Source: an uncultured Anaerolineaceae bacterium
Lineage (GTDB): Bacteria; Chloroflexota; Limnocylindria; Limnocylindrales; CSP1-4
Length of the DNA stretch: 64,000 nt
Assembly (NCBI GenBank): GCA_964626755.1
Contig: CAZVGO010000016.1
Span: 6,886 to 70,885, forward strand
Direction of reading: 5' to 3'
In this document: piece by piece, positions 48,200 through 57,144 of the stretch
Layout: each line of letters opens with the position of its first letter
How positions within the stretch are numbered: the first letter of the stretch is position 1
Notes under the pieces: generated by a model
Seen by the model: the letters and a program-made list of their open reading frames with translations, nothing else
Told to the model about the DNA's origin: nothing
Databases searched by the model: none
Position numbers and translations under genes: made by a program

Positions 48200-49206
48200 T
48201 CGCCTACCCGCACGACCCAACGGCCGCGGGCCCGGCCGGCGACGATCGCATCGAGCGCGCCGTCCAGCGTGTCGAGCGTCACCTCGGCCACGTCCCCACC
48301 GAGGCCGCGGGGCCGGTACTCGCCGGCGAGCCTGTTCCAGAGCGCCCGGCGCTCTTCGATCGGCACAGGGACGGAGTTCATCCCGAGCACGGCCACGCCG
48401 CGCAGGATGAACGGCAGGACCGTCGAGCTGAAACCGGGTCCGCCCGCGTTCCCGACGGACGCGATCGCTCCACCCGGCATCAACGTGCTGAGGAGATACG
48501 GCATCGCCGGCCCACCCACGGCATCGATCGCGCCCGCCCAGCGCGACGATTCGAGCGGCCGCGGACTGGCGGTCATCTCCTCGCGGTCGACGAACCCCGC
48601 CGCGCCGAGGGCCCGGAGCCGGTCGTGCTCGTCCGCCTTGCCGGTCGCGGCCCATGCCTCATAGCCGCGCGCGGCGAGGATCCCGAGCCCCGTCGTCCCC
48701 ACACCGCCGGATGCGCCGGTGACGAGCACCGGCCCAGCGTCCGGGCGCAGCCCGCGGGCCTCGAGCGCGGCGACGCTCATCGCGGCCGTGAACCCCGCGG
48801 TGCCGATGGCCATCGCGTCGCGCGCCGACAGGTTCGCCGGCAGCGGCACGACCCAGCCCGCCGGGACCCGCTGGTATTCGGCGTAGCCGCCGTGGCGCGA
48901 CACGCCCAGGTCGTAGCCGTGGGCAAGAACCGCATCGCCCGGACGGATCGACGAGTCGTCGCTCGACACGACCTCGCCGGCCAGGTCGATCCCGGGGATG
49001 AGCGGGCTGATCCGGGCGACCCTGCCGTCGAACCGGGTCGCGAGCCCGTCCTTGAAGTTCACGCCGGACCAGTCGACCCGGACGACGACCTCGCCCGCAG
49101 GCAGGTCGTCGGGAGTCAGGTCGCGGACCCCGCGCTCGACCCGGTCGTCGAGCCGTTCCGCGACGTATGCCCGGAAGGTCGCGGGAGCAGTCGCGGCTCC
49201 CGTCAC
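48196..49206 (-). CDS. MDR-family quinone oxidoreductase (YhdH/AcuI-like)
   Basis: VRVDWSGVNFKDGLA, and GASGGVGTTGLGILAARG nucleotide-binding motif. Confidence 0.8.
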   Translation of the reverse strand: MTGAATAPATFRAYVAERLDDRVERGVRDLTPDDLPAGEVVVRVDWSGVNFKDGLATRFDGRVARISPLIPGIDLAGEVVSSDDSSIRPGDAVLAHGYDLGVSRHGGYAEYQRVPAGWVVPLPANLSARDAMAIGTAGFTAAMSVAALEARGLRPDAGPVLVTGASGGVGTTGLGILAARGYEAWAATGKADEHDRLRALGAAGFVDREEMTASPRPLESSRWAGAIDAVGGPAMPYLLSTLMPGGAIASVGNAGGPGFSSTVLPFILRGVAVLGMNSVPVPIEERRALWNRLAGEYRPRGLGGDVAEVTLDTLDGALDAIVAGRARGRWVVRVGE

Positions 49207-50954
49207 GATCGCCCGCAGGCCTCCCGCGCCCCGCGGTTCGCCACCCACAGCGAGTGCCTCGCCTCCTCCATCCGGTCGAGGGGCCCGAATGCCTCCTCGG
49301 CAACCGCTTTCTCGACGGCCGCGGACACCTGCGCCCCGAGCTCGCGCGCCCATTTCCGACCGCGCCAGCCCGCGTGCAGGCTGAGCACCCGCGACAGGAT
49401 GAAGCCGAGCGCGAGAAAGCCGACCAGCAAGGCGAACGGAATCGGCACGCGACCGACGATCGGCAGCGTGAAGGCGTCGACCGGCGAGCCAAGGAGGATC
49501 GCGACCACGAGCCACGCAACGCTCAGGACGACGCCGAAGGTCGCAAGCGTCTGGACGATGCCGATCACCGGCCACAGCCGGCTGCTCGGCGGGTCGAGCG
49601 GTCCGTGCTCCGCGATCGCGCCGTCCACGGCCCCCCGGAGGCGGCCACTGACCCGCGGCGCGTCGAGCGTCGCGGCGAGCACCGGGCGGATCGTTGCCGG
49701 CGCCTCGCGGAGCGGGCCGTCGGTCATGGCGCGGAGAGCCCCGATCGCCGGTGCGAGCGACCCGCGCCGGTGCCACGAGGAGAGGAACCGCTGCGGGTCC
49801 GCGACCCGGGCCTGCCGCCCGCTCGCCTTGTAGGCGCGCCCGAGAAGCCAGCCGATCGGACCGGCGCCGGCCGGCCGGGCAGCGACCCGGGTCGCCGCGA
49901 TCGCCTGGCGCTGGGCCGCCGGGATGTCGATCAGCCGGAGGATCTCGTGGTTGGCGGCCTTGATCGCCCGGGCGCGTGCGTCCGCGTCGAGCAACGGCCT
50001 GGCCTCGGCGTTCGGATCGATGCCGGCCTGCTGGGCGAGGTCGTCGAGGGCGGCCCGGATCGATGCGGCGATCCTCCCCGCCACGATCTTCTTGGCGTCG
50101 ACCTGCTCGGCGAGCCAGCCCCGGACCGGCTCCGTCTGTCCGATGACAGCCGCGGTCGCGACGACCTGCGGGTTGACCGCTCCCACCGCGACGTCCTCGC
50201 GGAGCGACCTGTCGAGGTCTCGCCGCACGCGTTCCGTGGACGCGCCAAGCCGGTCGGTCTTGTTCAGCACGACGAGCTGGCGGTCCAGCCGGGGAAGCCA
50301 GTGGCGGAGGAATTCATCGTGGAGGACGGCGTCGCGGTACTTCTCGTGATCGGTGACCCAGATGACGCCGTCCACGCGGGGCAGGAGCTCCTCTACCCGG
50401 GCGCGATTCGCGGGCTCGATGGAGTCCAGGTCGGGCAGGTCGAGGAGCGCGACGCTGCCGAGGCGGCTGTCCTCGTGGCGGAGCACGGTGGTCGTCCCGA
50501 GCCAGCCCAGCAGGGCGTCGATCTCCCCGCCGGCGCTCCGCGGCACCCAGCCGACGGGCTTGTCGGTCGTGGGTCGCCGGGCGGACGCCTCGCTGACGCT
50601 GCCTCCGGCGAGGGCGTTGAGCAGCGTCGACTTGCCGACACCCGTGCCGCCGACGAGCGCCACCACGGAGAGGTCCGACGGAAAGCCGAGGCGCTGGTCC
50701 GCATCGACGCGGACGCTCTCCGCCTCCCCGACAGCGAGATGGAGCCGGCGTCCCGCGGAGACGCCCTCGTCGAGCCGGGCGAGGCAGACGGCGATTCCGC
50801 GCGTCGCGGCGGGACGGCCGACCGTCCAGGAGAGAAATCCCGGCTCCTCCGGTGCCGCAACCCGGGCGCCCGGAGACATCGGCGCCCGCGGATCGACGGC
50901 GCCGTTGTCGGGCGCGTCCTGTCCGATCCCGGTCCGAGGCTGGGTGGCAGTCAC
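49203..50954 (-). CDS. dynamin-like GTPase with C-terminal hydrophobic hairpin (partner 2 of a pair)
   Basis: G1 GGTGVGKSTLLNAL, G3 LLDLPDLDS, G4 LNKTDR. Hydrophobic segments LATFGVVLSVAWLVVAILLG and IPFALLVGFLALGFIL near the C-terminus. Confidence 0.7.
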   Translation of the reverse strand: MTATQPRTGIGQDAPDNGAVDPRAPMSPGARVAAPEEPGFLSWTVGRPAATRGIAVCLARLDEGVSAGRRLHLAVGEAESVRVDADQRLGFPSDLSVVALVGGTGVGKSTLLNALAGGSVSEASARRPTTDKPVGWVPRSAGGEIDALLGWLGTTTVLRHEDSRLGSVALLDLPDLDSIEPANRARVEELLPRVDGVIWVTDHEKYRDAVLHDEFLRHWLPRLDRQLVVLNKTDRLGASTERVRRDLDRSLREDVAVGAVNPQVVATAAVIGQTEPVRGWLAEQVDAKKIVAGRIAASIRAALDDLAQQAGIDPNAEARPLLDADARARAIKAANHEILRLIDIPAAQRQAIAATRVAARPAGAGPIGWLLGRAYKASGRQARVADPQRFLSSWHRRGSLAPAIGALRAMTDGPLREAPATIRPVLAATLDAPRVSGRLRGAVDGAIAEHGPLDPPSSRLWPVIGIVQTLATFGVVLSVAWLVVAILLGSPVDAFTLPIVGRVPIPFALLVGFLALGFILSRVLSLHAGWRGRKWARELGAQVSAAVEKAVAEEAFGPLDRMEEARHSLWVANRGAREACGRS

Positions 50955-50965
50955 GGCGCGTCTCG

Positions 50966-52873
50966 TCAGCGTCCCAGCGACCAGCGCGGGCGAGCCCGCG
51001 GCGCGGCCGCAAGCCCCGCCGGGTCAAGCCTGCCCGCGGGCTCTTCGTCCAGCACGAGCCGGGGAGGGGCCGGCATCATCACCGGCCTGGCCGAGATCGA
51101 GACGGCCGGGGGGAGCGTGCGGAGCTCATCGGCCATCAATCGGATCTCCGCCGACAGGCCACGCAGCCGGTCAGGCGCGGGAACGCGTGCGTCGAACCGC
51201 GCCAGCTCCTCGCGGAACGTCTCGCCCAGGGCCTCGATCAGGCGGTAGCGGGCGCGGCTGATCATCTCGACGAGGGCCGCCTCGCCGAACAGCGCGGACA
51301 GGAGCCGCTGGTTGAGGAACCCTGTGACCGCCGCGATCCCGACCTCGGCGCCGGTGAGTCCACCGGTGTGCGAGAACGTCGCGAGCATCACCCCGATCCC
51401 CGCGGTATTCACGCCGACGCTGGCGCCCTTGGCGAGCGTCCGCTTCGGGCCGCCGGTCCGCCGGACGTCCTCGGCGATCGACGCGAGCCATTCGTCCAGG
51501 CGCACGGCCAGGCGCTTGTCGAGATCCTCGGCAGGGCTCCACGCCGCGGGATCCTTGTCGAGGACTGCGCGCGCGGCGGGCTCCTCCGACCACGCGGCGG
51601 CGGCCCGCCGGATCGCCTCCGTGACCCGCACCTGGGTGAGCGATTTGAGGTCGGCGATCGTCTGCTCCCGGACCTCCGCGACCGGGGCCGTGGGAGCGCC
51701 CCGGAAGAGTTGCGTGAACGAGGACCGGACCTTGCCGATCCCGCTCGAGAACGCCTTCGTGATCTCGTCCGCGCCGACGAAGTCCTGCCACTGTCGGAGG
51801 GCTTCGGCCCGGAGGAACGAGCCCCGGGCGAGCTCGTCCCGCAGCACCCCGAGCTCGCGCTCGAACGCCTCGGTCGCGAGACGCCGCAATCGGTCCGAAT
51901 CGATCGCCGCGTGGTCGAGATCCTCGGAGATCGTGCGGAGCTGCGGCTCGAGGTTGGCGAGCGAGCCCGCGAGCGCACGGGAGGCGAGCTCGAGGCGCGC
52001 CTCGCGGTGCTTCGCGAGGCCGTCGATCCGGTCGATCAGCGGGTGGACGGCCTTCCGGTCGAGGCCGTCGATCTTCGCCTCCAGCGCTCCCTCCTCGACG
52101 CCGACGAGGTCGATCTCCGTCCGTCCCTCGAGCCCCGCGTCGCGGAGGAGGCGGCGAAGGTCCTCGAGGACCACGGCCCGTTCCTCGGAGTCCGTGGGCA
52201 TCCGGTTGACGAGCACGACGAGCGGCAAGCCGCGGTCCCCCACTCGACCGAGGACCTCCCACGGAACGCGATCCGCGTACCGGGTCGCGGTCGTGACGAA
52301 CACCGCGAGATCGGCCGCCTCGACGAGGCGATCGGTCAGCTCGCGGTTGGCGTGCTCGACGGAGTCGACGTCCGGCGCGTCGACGAGGACCACCCCGGCC
52401 CGGGCCGACGTATCTTCGGCGATGAGGATCCGCTGCCGGTCGATCCCGGCGAGTGGCCCGCCCTCCGCGGTGAGCTCGGCCGGGTCGCCCGGACGGGCGA
52501 ACGCCACGAGCTTCCGCGTCGTCGGCCGCAGGACGCCGGTGGCGCTGATGTTCCGGTTGGCCAGCGCGTTGAACAGCGACGACTTGCCGGCTCCGGTCGG
52601 TCCAACCAGCAGGATGAGGATCGGCGCGTCGAGGCCGCGGGCGCGCGGCCGGACGTGACGGACGACATGCTCGGCGAGCTGCTCCGTTCGGCGCCGCGCG
52701 GAGTGGTTCGAGTTCGGCACATCGCGGGCGCGGTCGGCGAGGTCGCCGATCCGGTCCACGAGGTCGACGAGGACGTCCTGGTACGTGCCGCCGCCGCCGG
52801 ATCCCGGGCCGCGCACGGGCGCCCGGTTCGGCGAGACTCCGGTCGCGCCTCCTGAGCGTCGCTCGCGCCTCAT
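50966..52873 (-). CDS. dynamin-like GTPase with C-terminal hydrophobic hairpin (partner 1; start trimmed to MRRERR)
   Basis: G1 GPTGAGKSSLFNAL, G3 LVDAPDVDS, G4 VNRM. TM-like GVNTAGIGVMLATF and GIAAVTGFL. The upstream 243 codons of the ORF are Ser/Arg-rich and overlap the divergent HK gene. Confidence 0.65.
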   Translation of the reverse strand: MRRERRSGGATGVSPNRAPVRGPGSGGGGTYQDVLVDLVDRIGDLADRARDVPNSNHSARRRTEQLAEHVVRHVRPRARGLDAPILILLVGPTGAGKSSLFNALANRNISATGVLRPTTRKLVAFARPGDPAELTAEGGPLAGIDRQRILIAEDTSARAGVVLVDAPDVDSVEHANRELTDRLVEAADLAVFVTTATRYADRVPWEVLGRVGDRGLPLVVLVNRMPTDSEERAVVLEDLRRLLRDAGLEGRTEIDLVGVEEGALEAKIDGLDRKAVHPLIDRIDGLAKHREARLELASRALAGSLANLEPQLRTISEDLDHAAIDSDRLRRLATEAFERELGVLRDELARGSFLRAEALRQWQDFVGADEITKAFSSGIGKVRSSFTQLFRGAPTAPVAEVREQTIADLKSLTQVRVTEAIRRAAAAWSEEPAARAVLDKDPAAWSPAEDLDKRLAVRLDEWLASIAEDVRRTGGPKRTLAKGASVGVNTAGIGVMLATFSHTGGLTGAEVGIAAVTGFLNQRLLSALFGEAALVEMISRARYRLIEALGETFREELARFDARVPAPDRLRGLSAEIRLMADELRTLPPAVSISARPVMMPAPPRLVLDEEPAGRLDPAGLAAAPRARPRWSLGR

Positions 52874-53129
52874 CGCGAAGGTCGGGTTAACCGCCTCGGC
52901 CACCGCTCCTCCTCCTGCCGCCGCCAGAACCTGGCGGTCCGCCCAGCGACGCGTCTCCCGCGCATCGGGGGAGCGATCTTCGCATGCGTCGGCCGCCCAC
53001 GCCACCCCCGATCCTTCGATCGGCGCTGCACCCGCGTATCGCCGGTTGCGGCGCGCGTGCGCGGCGGTGCCGCCCCGCACCGTCGGCAGCGGCGCGGCCG
53101 GGGCGATGGCCGCTGCTACGATCTGGGTG

Positions 53130-54380
53130 ATGTCAGCCGCGGGCGACGAGCGACGCAAGGCCGCGGTCCCCCACGCCCTCCGATCCACCCAGACGGCGGA
53201 GCTGATCCTCGACATCGCGACAGCCGCGGCCGGGGAGCTCGACCTGGACCAGATCCTGCTCGAGACCCTCGACCGCCTTCGGACGGTACTCCCGCTGACC
53301 GGCGGATCGATCGCCCTCGTCGAGGGCGACGACCTCGTCCTCCGGGCTGCGATCGGGCCGTTCGCGGCCGCCGCGCACGGGCAGCGGCTCCGGCGCGGTC
53401 GGTCGCGGAGCTGGGGCGTCATCGAGACGCTCGAGCCGTACCTCAGCGGCGACCTCCAGGCCGCCGGGCTCCACGTCAAGACAACGGGCGCGGAGGACGT
53501 GATTCGGTCGTGGCTGGCGGTGCCGATCGTGCGGCGTGGCCAGGGCATCGGCCTGCTCGAGATCGACTCGACCAACATCGCCGCGTTCGACCAGGGGGAC
53601 ATCGAGCTCCTGACGACGGTCGTCCGAGCCCTTGCCGGACCCGTCGAGCTGGCCAGCCGCTACGCGGAGGAGCGACGAGCCAACGCACTGCGCGAGGCGT
53701 TCATCGGCGTGATCAGCCACGAGCTCCGGACGCCGATCACGACGATCTACGGTCTTAGCAAGATGCTTCGCCAGCGGCTGGACACTCTCGCGCCGGAGGT
53801 TCGGGACCAGCTGGTCGGCGACATCGAGGCGGAATCCGATCGCCTCTACCGGCTCGTCGAGGACCTGCTCGTGCTCAGCCGCGCGGAGCGCGGCAATGTC
53901 GAGATCGCCAACGATCCCATCGTCCTCGCCCACGTCTTGCGCCGGGCGATCGACGGGGAGGCCCTCCGGTGGCCGACCCGCGACTTCTCACTCGAGGTCG
54001 ACCGCCAGGTGCCCCTCGTGCTCGGCGAGGAGACGTACGTCGAGCAGGCCGTCCGCAACCTGCTCTCGAACGCCGCGAAGTACAGCGAGCCGGGCTCAAC
54101 TATCACGGTCCGGCTCGAGTGGGCCGAGGACGAGGTCGTCGTCCGGGTCCTCGACGAGGGGATCGGGATCGCCCCGGAGGATGCCGAGCACGTGTTCGAG
54201 CTGTTCTTCCGGACGCCTCGCGCGTCGCGCCAGGCCGCCGGCGCGGGGATAGGGCTGTTCGTATGCCGCCAGCTCATCGAGGCGATGGGCGGCCGGATCT
54301 GGGCCCGTCCGCGCGACGAGGGCGGCACGGAGGTGGGCTTCGCCCTGCCGGCCCAGGCGGAGGTCGGACCGGACGCCTAG
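53130..54380 (+). CDS. GAF-domain sensor histidine kinase (cytoplasmic, no adjacent response regulator)
   Basis: GAF region, H-box ISHELRTPITTI, N-box LLSNAAKYSEPG, G-boxes DEGIGI and GAGIGL. Confidence 0.85.
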   Translation: MSAAGDERRKAAVPHALRSTQTAELILDIATAAAGELDLDQILLETLDRLRTVLPLTGGSIALVEGDDLVLRAAIGPFAAAAHGQRLRRGRSRSWGVIETLEPYLSGDLQAAGLHVKTTGAEDVIRSWLAVPIVRRGQGIGLLEIDSTNIAAFDQGDIELLTTVVRALAGPVELASRYAEERRANALREAFIGVISHELRTPITTIYGLSKMLRQRLDTLAPEVRDQLVGDIEAESDRLYRLVEDLLVLSRAERGNVEIANDPIVLAHVLRRAIDGEALRWPTRDFSLEVDRQVPLVLGEETYVEQAVRNLLSNAAKYSEPGSTITVRLEWAEDEVVVRVLDEGIGIAPEDAEHVFELFFRTPRASRQAAGAGIGLFVCRQLIEAMGGRIWARPRDEGGTEVGFALPAQAEVGPDA

Positions 54381-55615
54381 CGGCTGAGCGTCTCTCGCAT
54401 ACGAATGACAACGACCAGCCCGGAGATCGCGGTGATCCCGGCCACGGCGCCGATGGCGCTCGACATCCCGAACCGGTCAGCCAGGACGCCGGCGACGATC
54501 GCCCCCGCAACGAATCCCAGGTCCCGCCACAGGCGGTAGACGCCGATCGCCGATCCGCGCCACGCGGGAGCCGCGACGTCGGCGATCGCGGCGAGCAGGG
54601 TTGGGTAGACCATCGCGGTGCCGAGGCCGAGGACGGCCGCGGCGACAATCCAGACCGGGAACGAGGACCCGGCCGCGATTGCCGCGATCGCGGCCGCCTG
54701 GACCAGCATCCCGGCGACGATCAGGCCCTTCCGGCCGATCCGGTCGGACAGCGCACCGGTGCCGACCTGGGCGATGCCCCAGACCGCCGGATAGGTGGCC
54801 GCGAGGACCCCGATCTCCCCTACCCCGAGCCCGGCTGCCGCGTAGTAGAGCGGGAGCAACCCCCACGCCATGCCGTCGTTGAGGTTGTTGACGAGCCCGG
54901 CCTGGGAGGCGGCCGACAGGTTCCGATCGCGCAGCGTCGTCCGCCAGAAGACCTCGCGCCACCTGTGCGACCCGCTCCTCGATCGTTGTCCGCGCTCGAC
55001 CTCGACGTGACCGCTGGTGTCGCGGACGAGGAGCACGGACAGCCCGAGCCCGAGGCCGGCGTACGCGAGCCCGAGCAGGAACGGTCCTGGCCGAAGCCCG
55101 GCCTCGGCCGCGATGAAGCCGGTCGCCAGGGCGGTCAGCGCGACCGCGCCGTAGCCGGCCGCCTCGTTCAGGCCCATTGCGAAGCCGCGCCGCGCCGGCC
55201 CGACGAGGTCGATCTTCATGACGACGGTCATCGACCAGCTCAGTCCCTGGTTGACACCGAGCAGCACATTTGCCGCGATCACCCATTCCCACGACGGCGC
55301 CCAGATGAGCAGGAGCGGGACCGGCAGCCCAACGAGCCAGCCGGCCACAAGAACGGGCTTGCGGCCGTACCGGTCCGCGAAGGCGCCCGCGGCGACGTTC
55401 GCGCCGGCCTTCGTCAGTCCGAACGCGACGATGAACGTCAGCGCGGCCGTGAAGCCGGTGAGCCCGAAAACATCCGTCGCCAGCAGCGGCAGGACCGTCC
55501 GTTCCTGGCCGACCATCCCGCCGACGAGCGCGTTGACCGCGACGAGGAGCGCGAACTGGCCGGCGTTGCTTCCCAGTCCGAGCCGCGGGGAGATCTGCGT
55601 GCCGCTAGAGGTCAC
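54377..55615 (-). CDS. MFS transporter
   Basis: 412 aa, 12 TM. Motif A-like AFADRYGRKPV and ALSDRIGRKG in the two halves. Confidence 0.85.
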   Translation of the reverse strand: MTSSGTQISPRLGLGSNAGQFALLVAVNALVGGMVGQERTVLPLLATDVFGLTGFTAALTFIVAFGLTKAGANVAAGAFADRYGRKPVLVAGWLVGLPVPLLLIWAPSWEWVIAANVLLGVNQGLSWSMTVVMKIDLVGPARRGFAMGLNEAAGYGAVALTALATGFIAAEAGLRPGPFLLGLAYAGLGLGLSVLLVRDTSGHVEVERGQRSRSGSHRWREVFWRTTLRDRNLSAASQAGLVNNLNDGMAWGLLPLYYAAAGLGVGEIGVLAATYPAVWGIAQVGTGALSDRIGRKGLIVAGMLVQAAAIAAIAAGSSFPVWIVAAAVLGLGTAMVYPTLLAAIADVAAPAWRGSAIGVYRLWRDLGFVAGAIVAGVLADRFGMSSAIGAVAGITAISGLVVVIRMRETLSR

Positions 55616-55671
55616 CGCGCGAGGATAGCGAGGGCCGCCCGCGGGCCCGGGGTAGGATCCCGCCTCGTCAC

Positions 55672-55746
55672 TGGCGAGTGGCCGAGAGGTAAGGCGCTTG
55701 ACTCTGGATCAGGAGATCGAAGGTTCGAATCCTTCCTCGCCAGCCA
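55672..55746 (+). tRNA. tRNA-Gln (anticodon CUG)
   Basis: TGGCGAGTGGCCGAGAGGTAAGGCGCTTGACTCTGGATCAGGAGATCGAAGGTTCGAATCCTTCCTCGCCAGCCA. Acceptor TGGCGAG/CTCGCCA, anticodon loop CTCTGGA, T-loop TTCGAAT, discriminator G and CCA. Close to E. coli tRNA-Gln. Confidence 0.85.
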
Positions 55747-55789
55747 AACCACAGCATCTGGGTCTGACCAGCCTCGCTGCGGGTCGGCG

Positions 55790-55900
55790 ACGTCCGTCCA
55801 GACGGGACGCTTCATGTCATGGGCAAGGGCGCCAAAGAGCGGATCGTGCCGATCGGCTCGAGCGCCCGGCGGGCGCTCGCCCGGAGCGGGCGCAGGTCAC
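55790..55900 (+). pseudogene. tyrosine recombinase/integrase remnant (~40 codons), immediately 3' of tRNA-Gln
   Basis: Translates DVRPDGTLHVMGKGAKERIVPIGSSARRALARS, matching the conserved GKGxKERxVPL block of XerC/XerD/phage integrases. It is truncated by the convergent BNR gene. Confidence 0.5.
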
Positions 55901-57144
55901 GCCGGCCAGTCGACGAGTCCCGTCCAGATGGCGAGGCGCGTCTGGGCTCCATCGGACGTCTGGCCGATCACGATGACCCGGTTGGGCTGCACCGGGCTCT
56001 GGATCAGGGCGAGGATGTCGAGGTTGCGGATCGCCACCGGCGCGCCCCACGCGGACTCGCCCGGTCCACGAAGCCAGACGAGGCCCGTCGACTGATTTGG
56101 GTCCGGGCCGGGCTGGCCGGTGCCGGCGGCGACGGAGCCGCCTCCGACGACGAGGTGGTGGCGGACGCGGGCTTCGTCACCTGCCGGGGGCTGCTCGACC
56201 GGTCGCCAGTCGGCAGCCGTCTCATCCGCCGTCCACCCCTCGACCCGGATCGGCGCATCAGCGACGGCGGTCCACCCGAAGGCCACGAATCCACCTTCCA
56301 CGCGGTCGATTGCCGTCACATCGGCTCGTTCAATGCCCCGCGGCGGATCAACCGGCTGCCACGCCGTTCCGTCGACGCTGAGCCACCACGCGGACGCCAC
56401 GGGCCCGCAAACATGCCCGCACCCGGACCCCCACGCGAGGAGTCCGCCGGCCACCGGAAGAATGTGCGTAGGGTACCCCTCCGCGTTGTTGACGATCTTT
56501 GCAGCCGCCTGCCACGTCCTGCCGTCGACCGACGACCATGACCGCAAGCCGTTGAAGCTCATGTACGCGTCGCTTCCGACGGCGAGGACGCCGCCGTCGG
56601 TGACCAGCAACACGCTTATCGCCGCGTCGGCCGCGGACTGCGGCGTGGTCTGCGTCCAGCCCCCGGCGTCGCGTATCCAGATCGACGCCTGGACCCGGTC
56701 GCCTTGTCCGACATAGCCGGCAGCGATGGTTCCGAATTGCGAGGAGGACGCGGCCAGGACAGTGCCCCTCGTGGCGTTCGGAGGGAGAAAGACGGGACCG
56801 GCCGTCCGCCACTCGAGTCCGTCCGCCGACTCCCAGATGGCCGGCAGTTCGCAGCCCTCCGCGGCCGACACGCAGCCAAGGGCAAGGAACCGGTCCCCGG
56901 CGGAGACGACCGATTGGAAGACGCCGTCACCCAGCCCGCTCTGCGGCGGCAGCTGCTGCCACTCGGCGAGACCGCCCGGAGGCGGTGCCTCAGGGGAGAC
57001 GGGGGCGACCGAGCCGGTGATTGCGGGGCTCGACAGTCGAGAGGCTGCGGGCGACGTCGTGGGGCTCAGTGCCACGCTGCACGCTGCCGGCACGAGGCCG
57101 AGCGCCACTGCCACGATCTGGCGCGCCATGCGGGGACGATTCAT
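55897..57144 (-). CDS. BNR/Asp-box repeat lipoprotein (beta-propeller), paralogue A
   Basis: Signal plus lipobox VPAAC. Repeated S-x-D-x-G-x-T-W Asp-boxes (WESADGLEWRT, WSSVDGRTWQA, WLSVDGTAWQP). Confidence 0.6.
   Translation of the reverse strand: MNRPRMARQIVAVALGLVPAACSVALSPTTSPAASRLSSPAITGSVAPVSPEAPPPGGLAEWQQLPPQSGLGDGVFQSVVSAGDRFLALGCVSAAEGCELPAIWESADGLEWRTAGPVFLPPNATRGTVLAASSSQFGTIAAGYVGQGDRVQASIWIRDAGGWTQTTPQSAADAAISVLLVTDGGVLAVGSDAYMSFNGLRSWSSVDGRTWQAAAKIVNNAEGYPTHILPVAGGLLAWGSGCGHVCGPVASAWWLSVDGTAWQPVDPPRGIERADVTAIDRVEGGFVAFGWTAVADAPIRVEGWTADETAADWRPVEQPPAGDEARVRHHLVVGGGSVAAGTGQPGPDPNQSTGLVWLRGPGESAWGAPVAIRNLDILALIQSPVQPNRVIVIGQTSDGAQTRLAIWTGLVDWPA

Noticed and set aside
50966-53602. 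Full 878-aa extent of the second GTPase ORF
   Set aside because: The first 243 codons are Ser/Arg/Ala-rich and overlap the divergent histidine kinase gene. Start moved to MRRERR near 52873.
55612-55815. 67-aa minus-strand ORF overlapping tRNA-Gln
   Set aside because: It covers the tRNA gene itself, so it is spurious.
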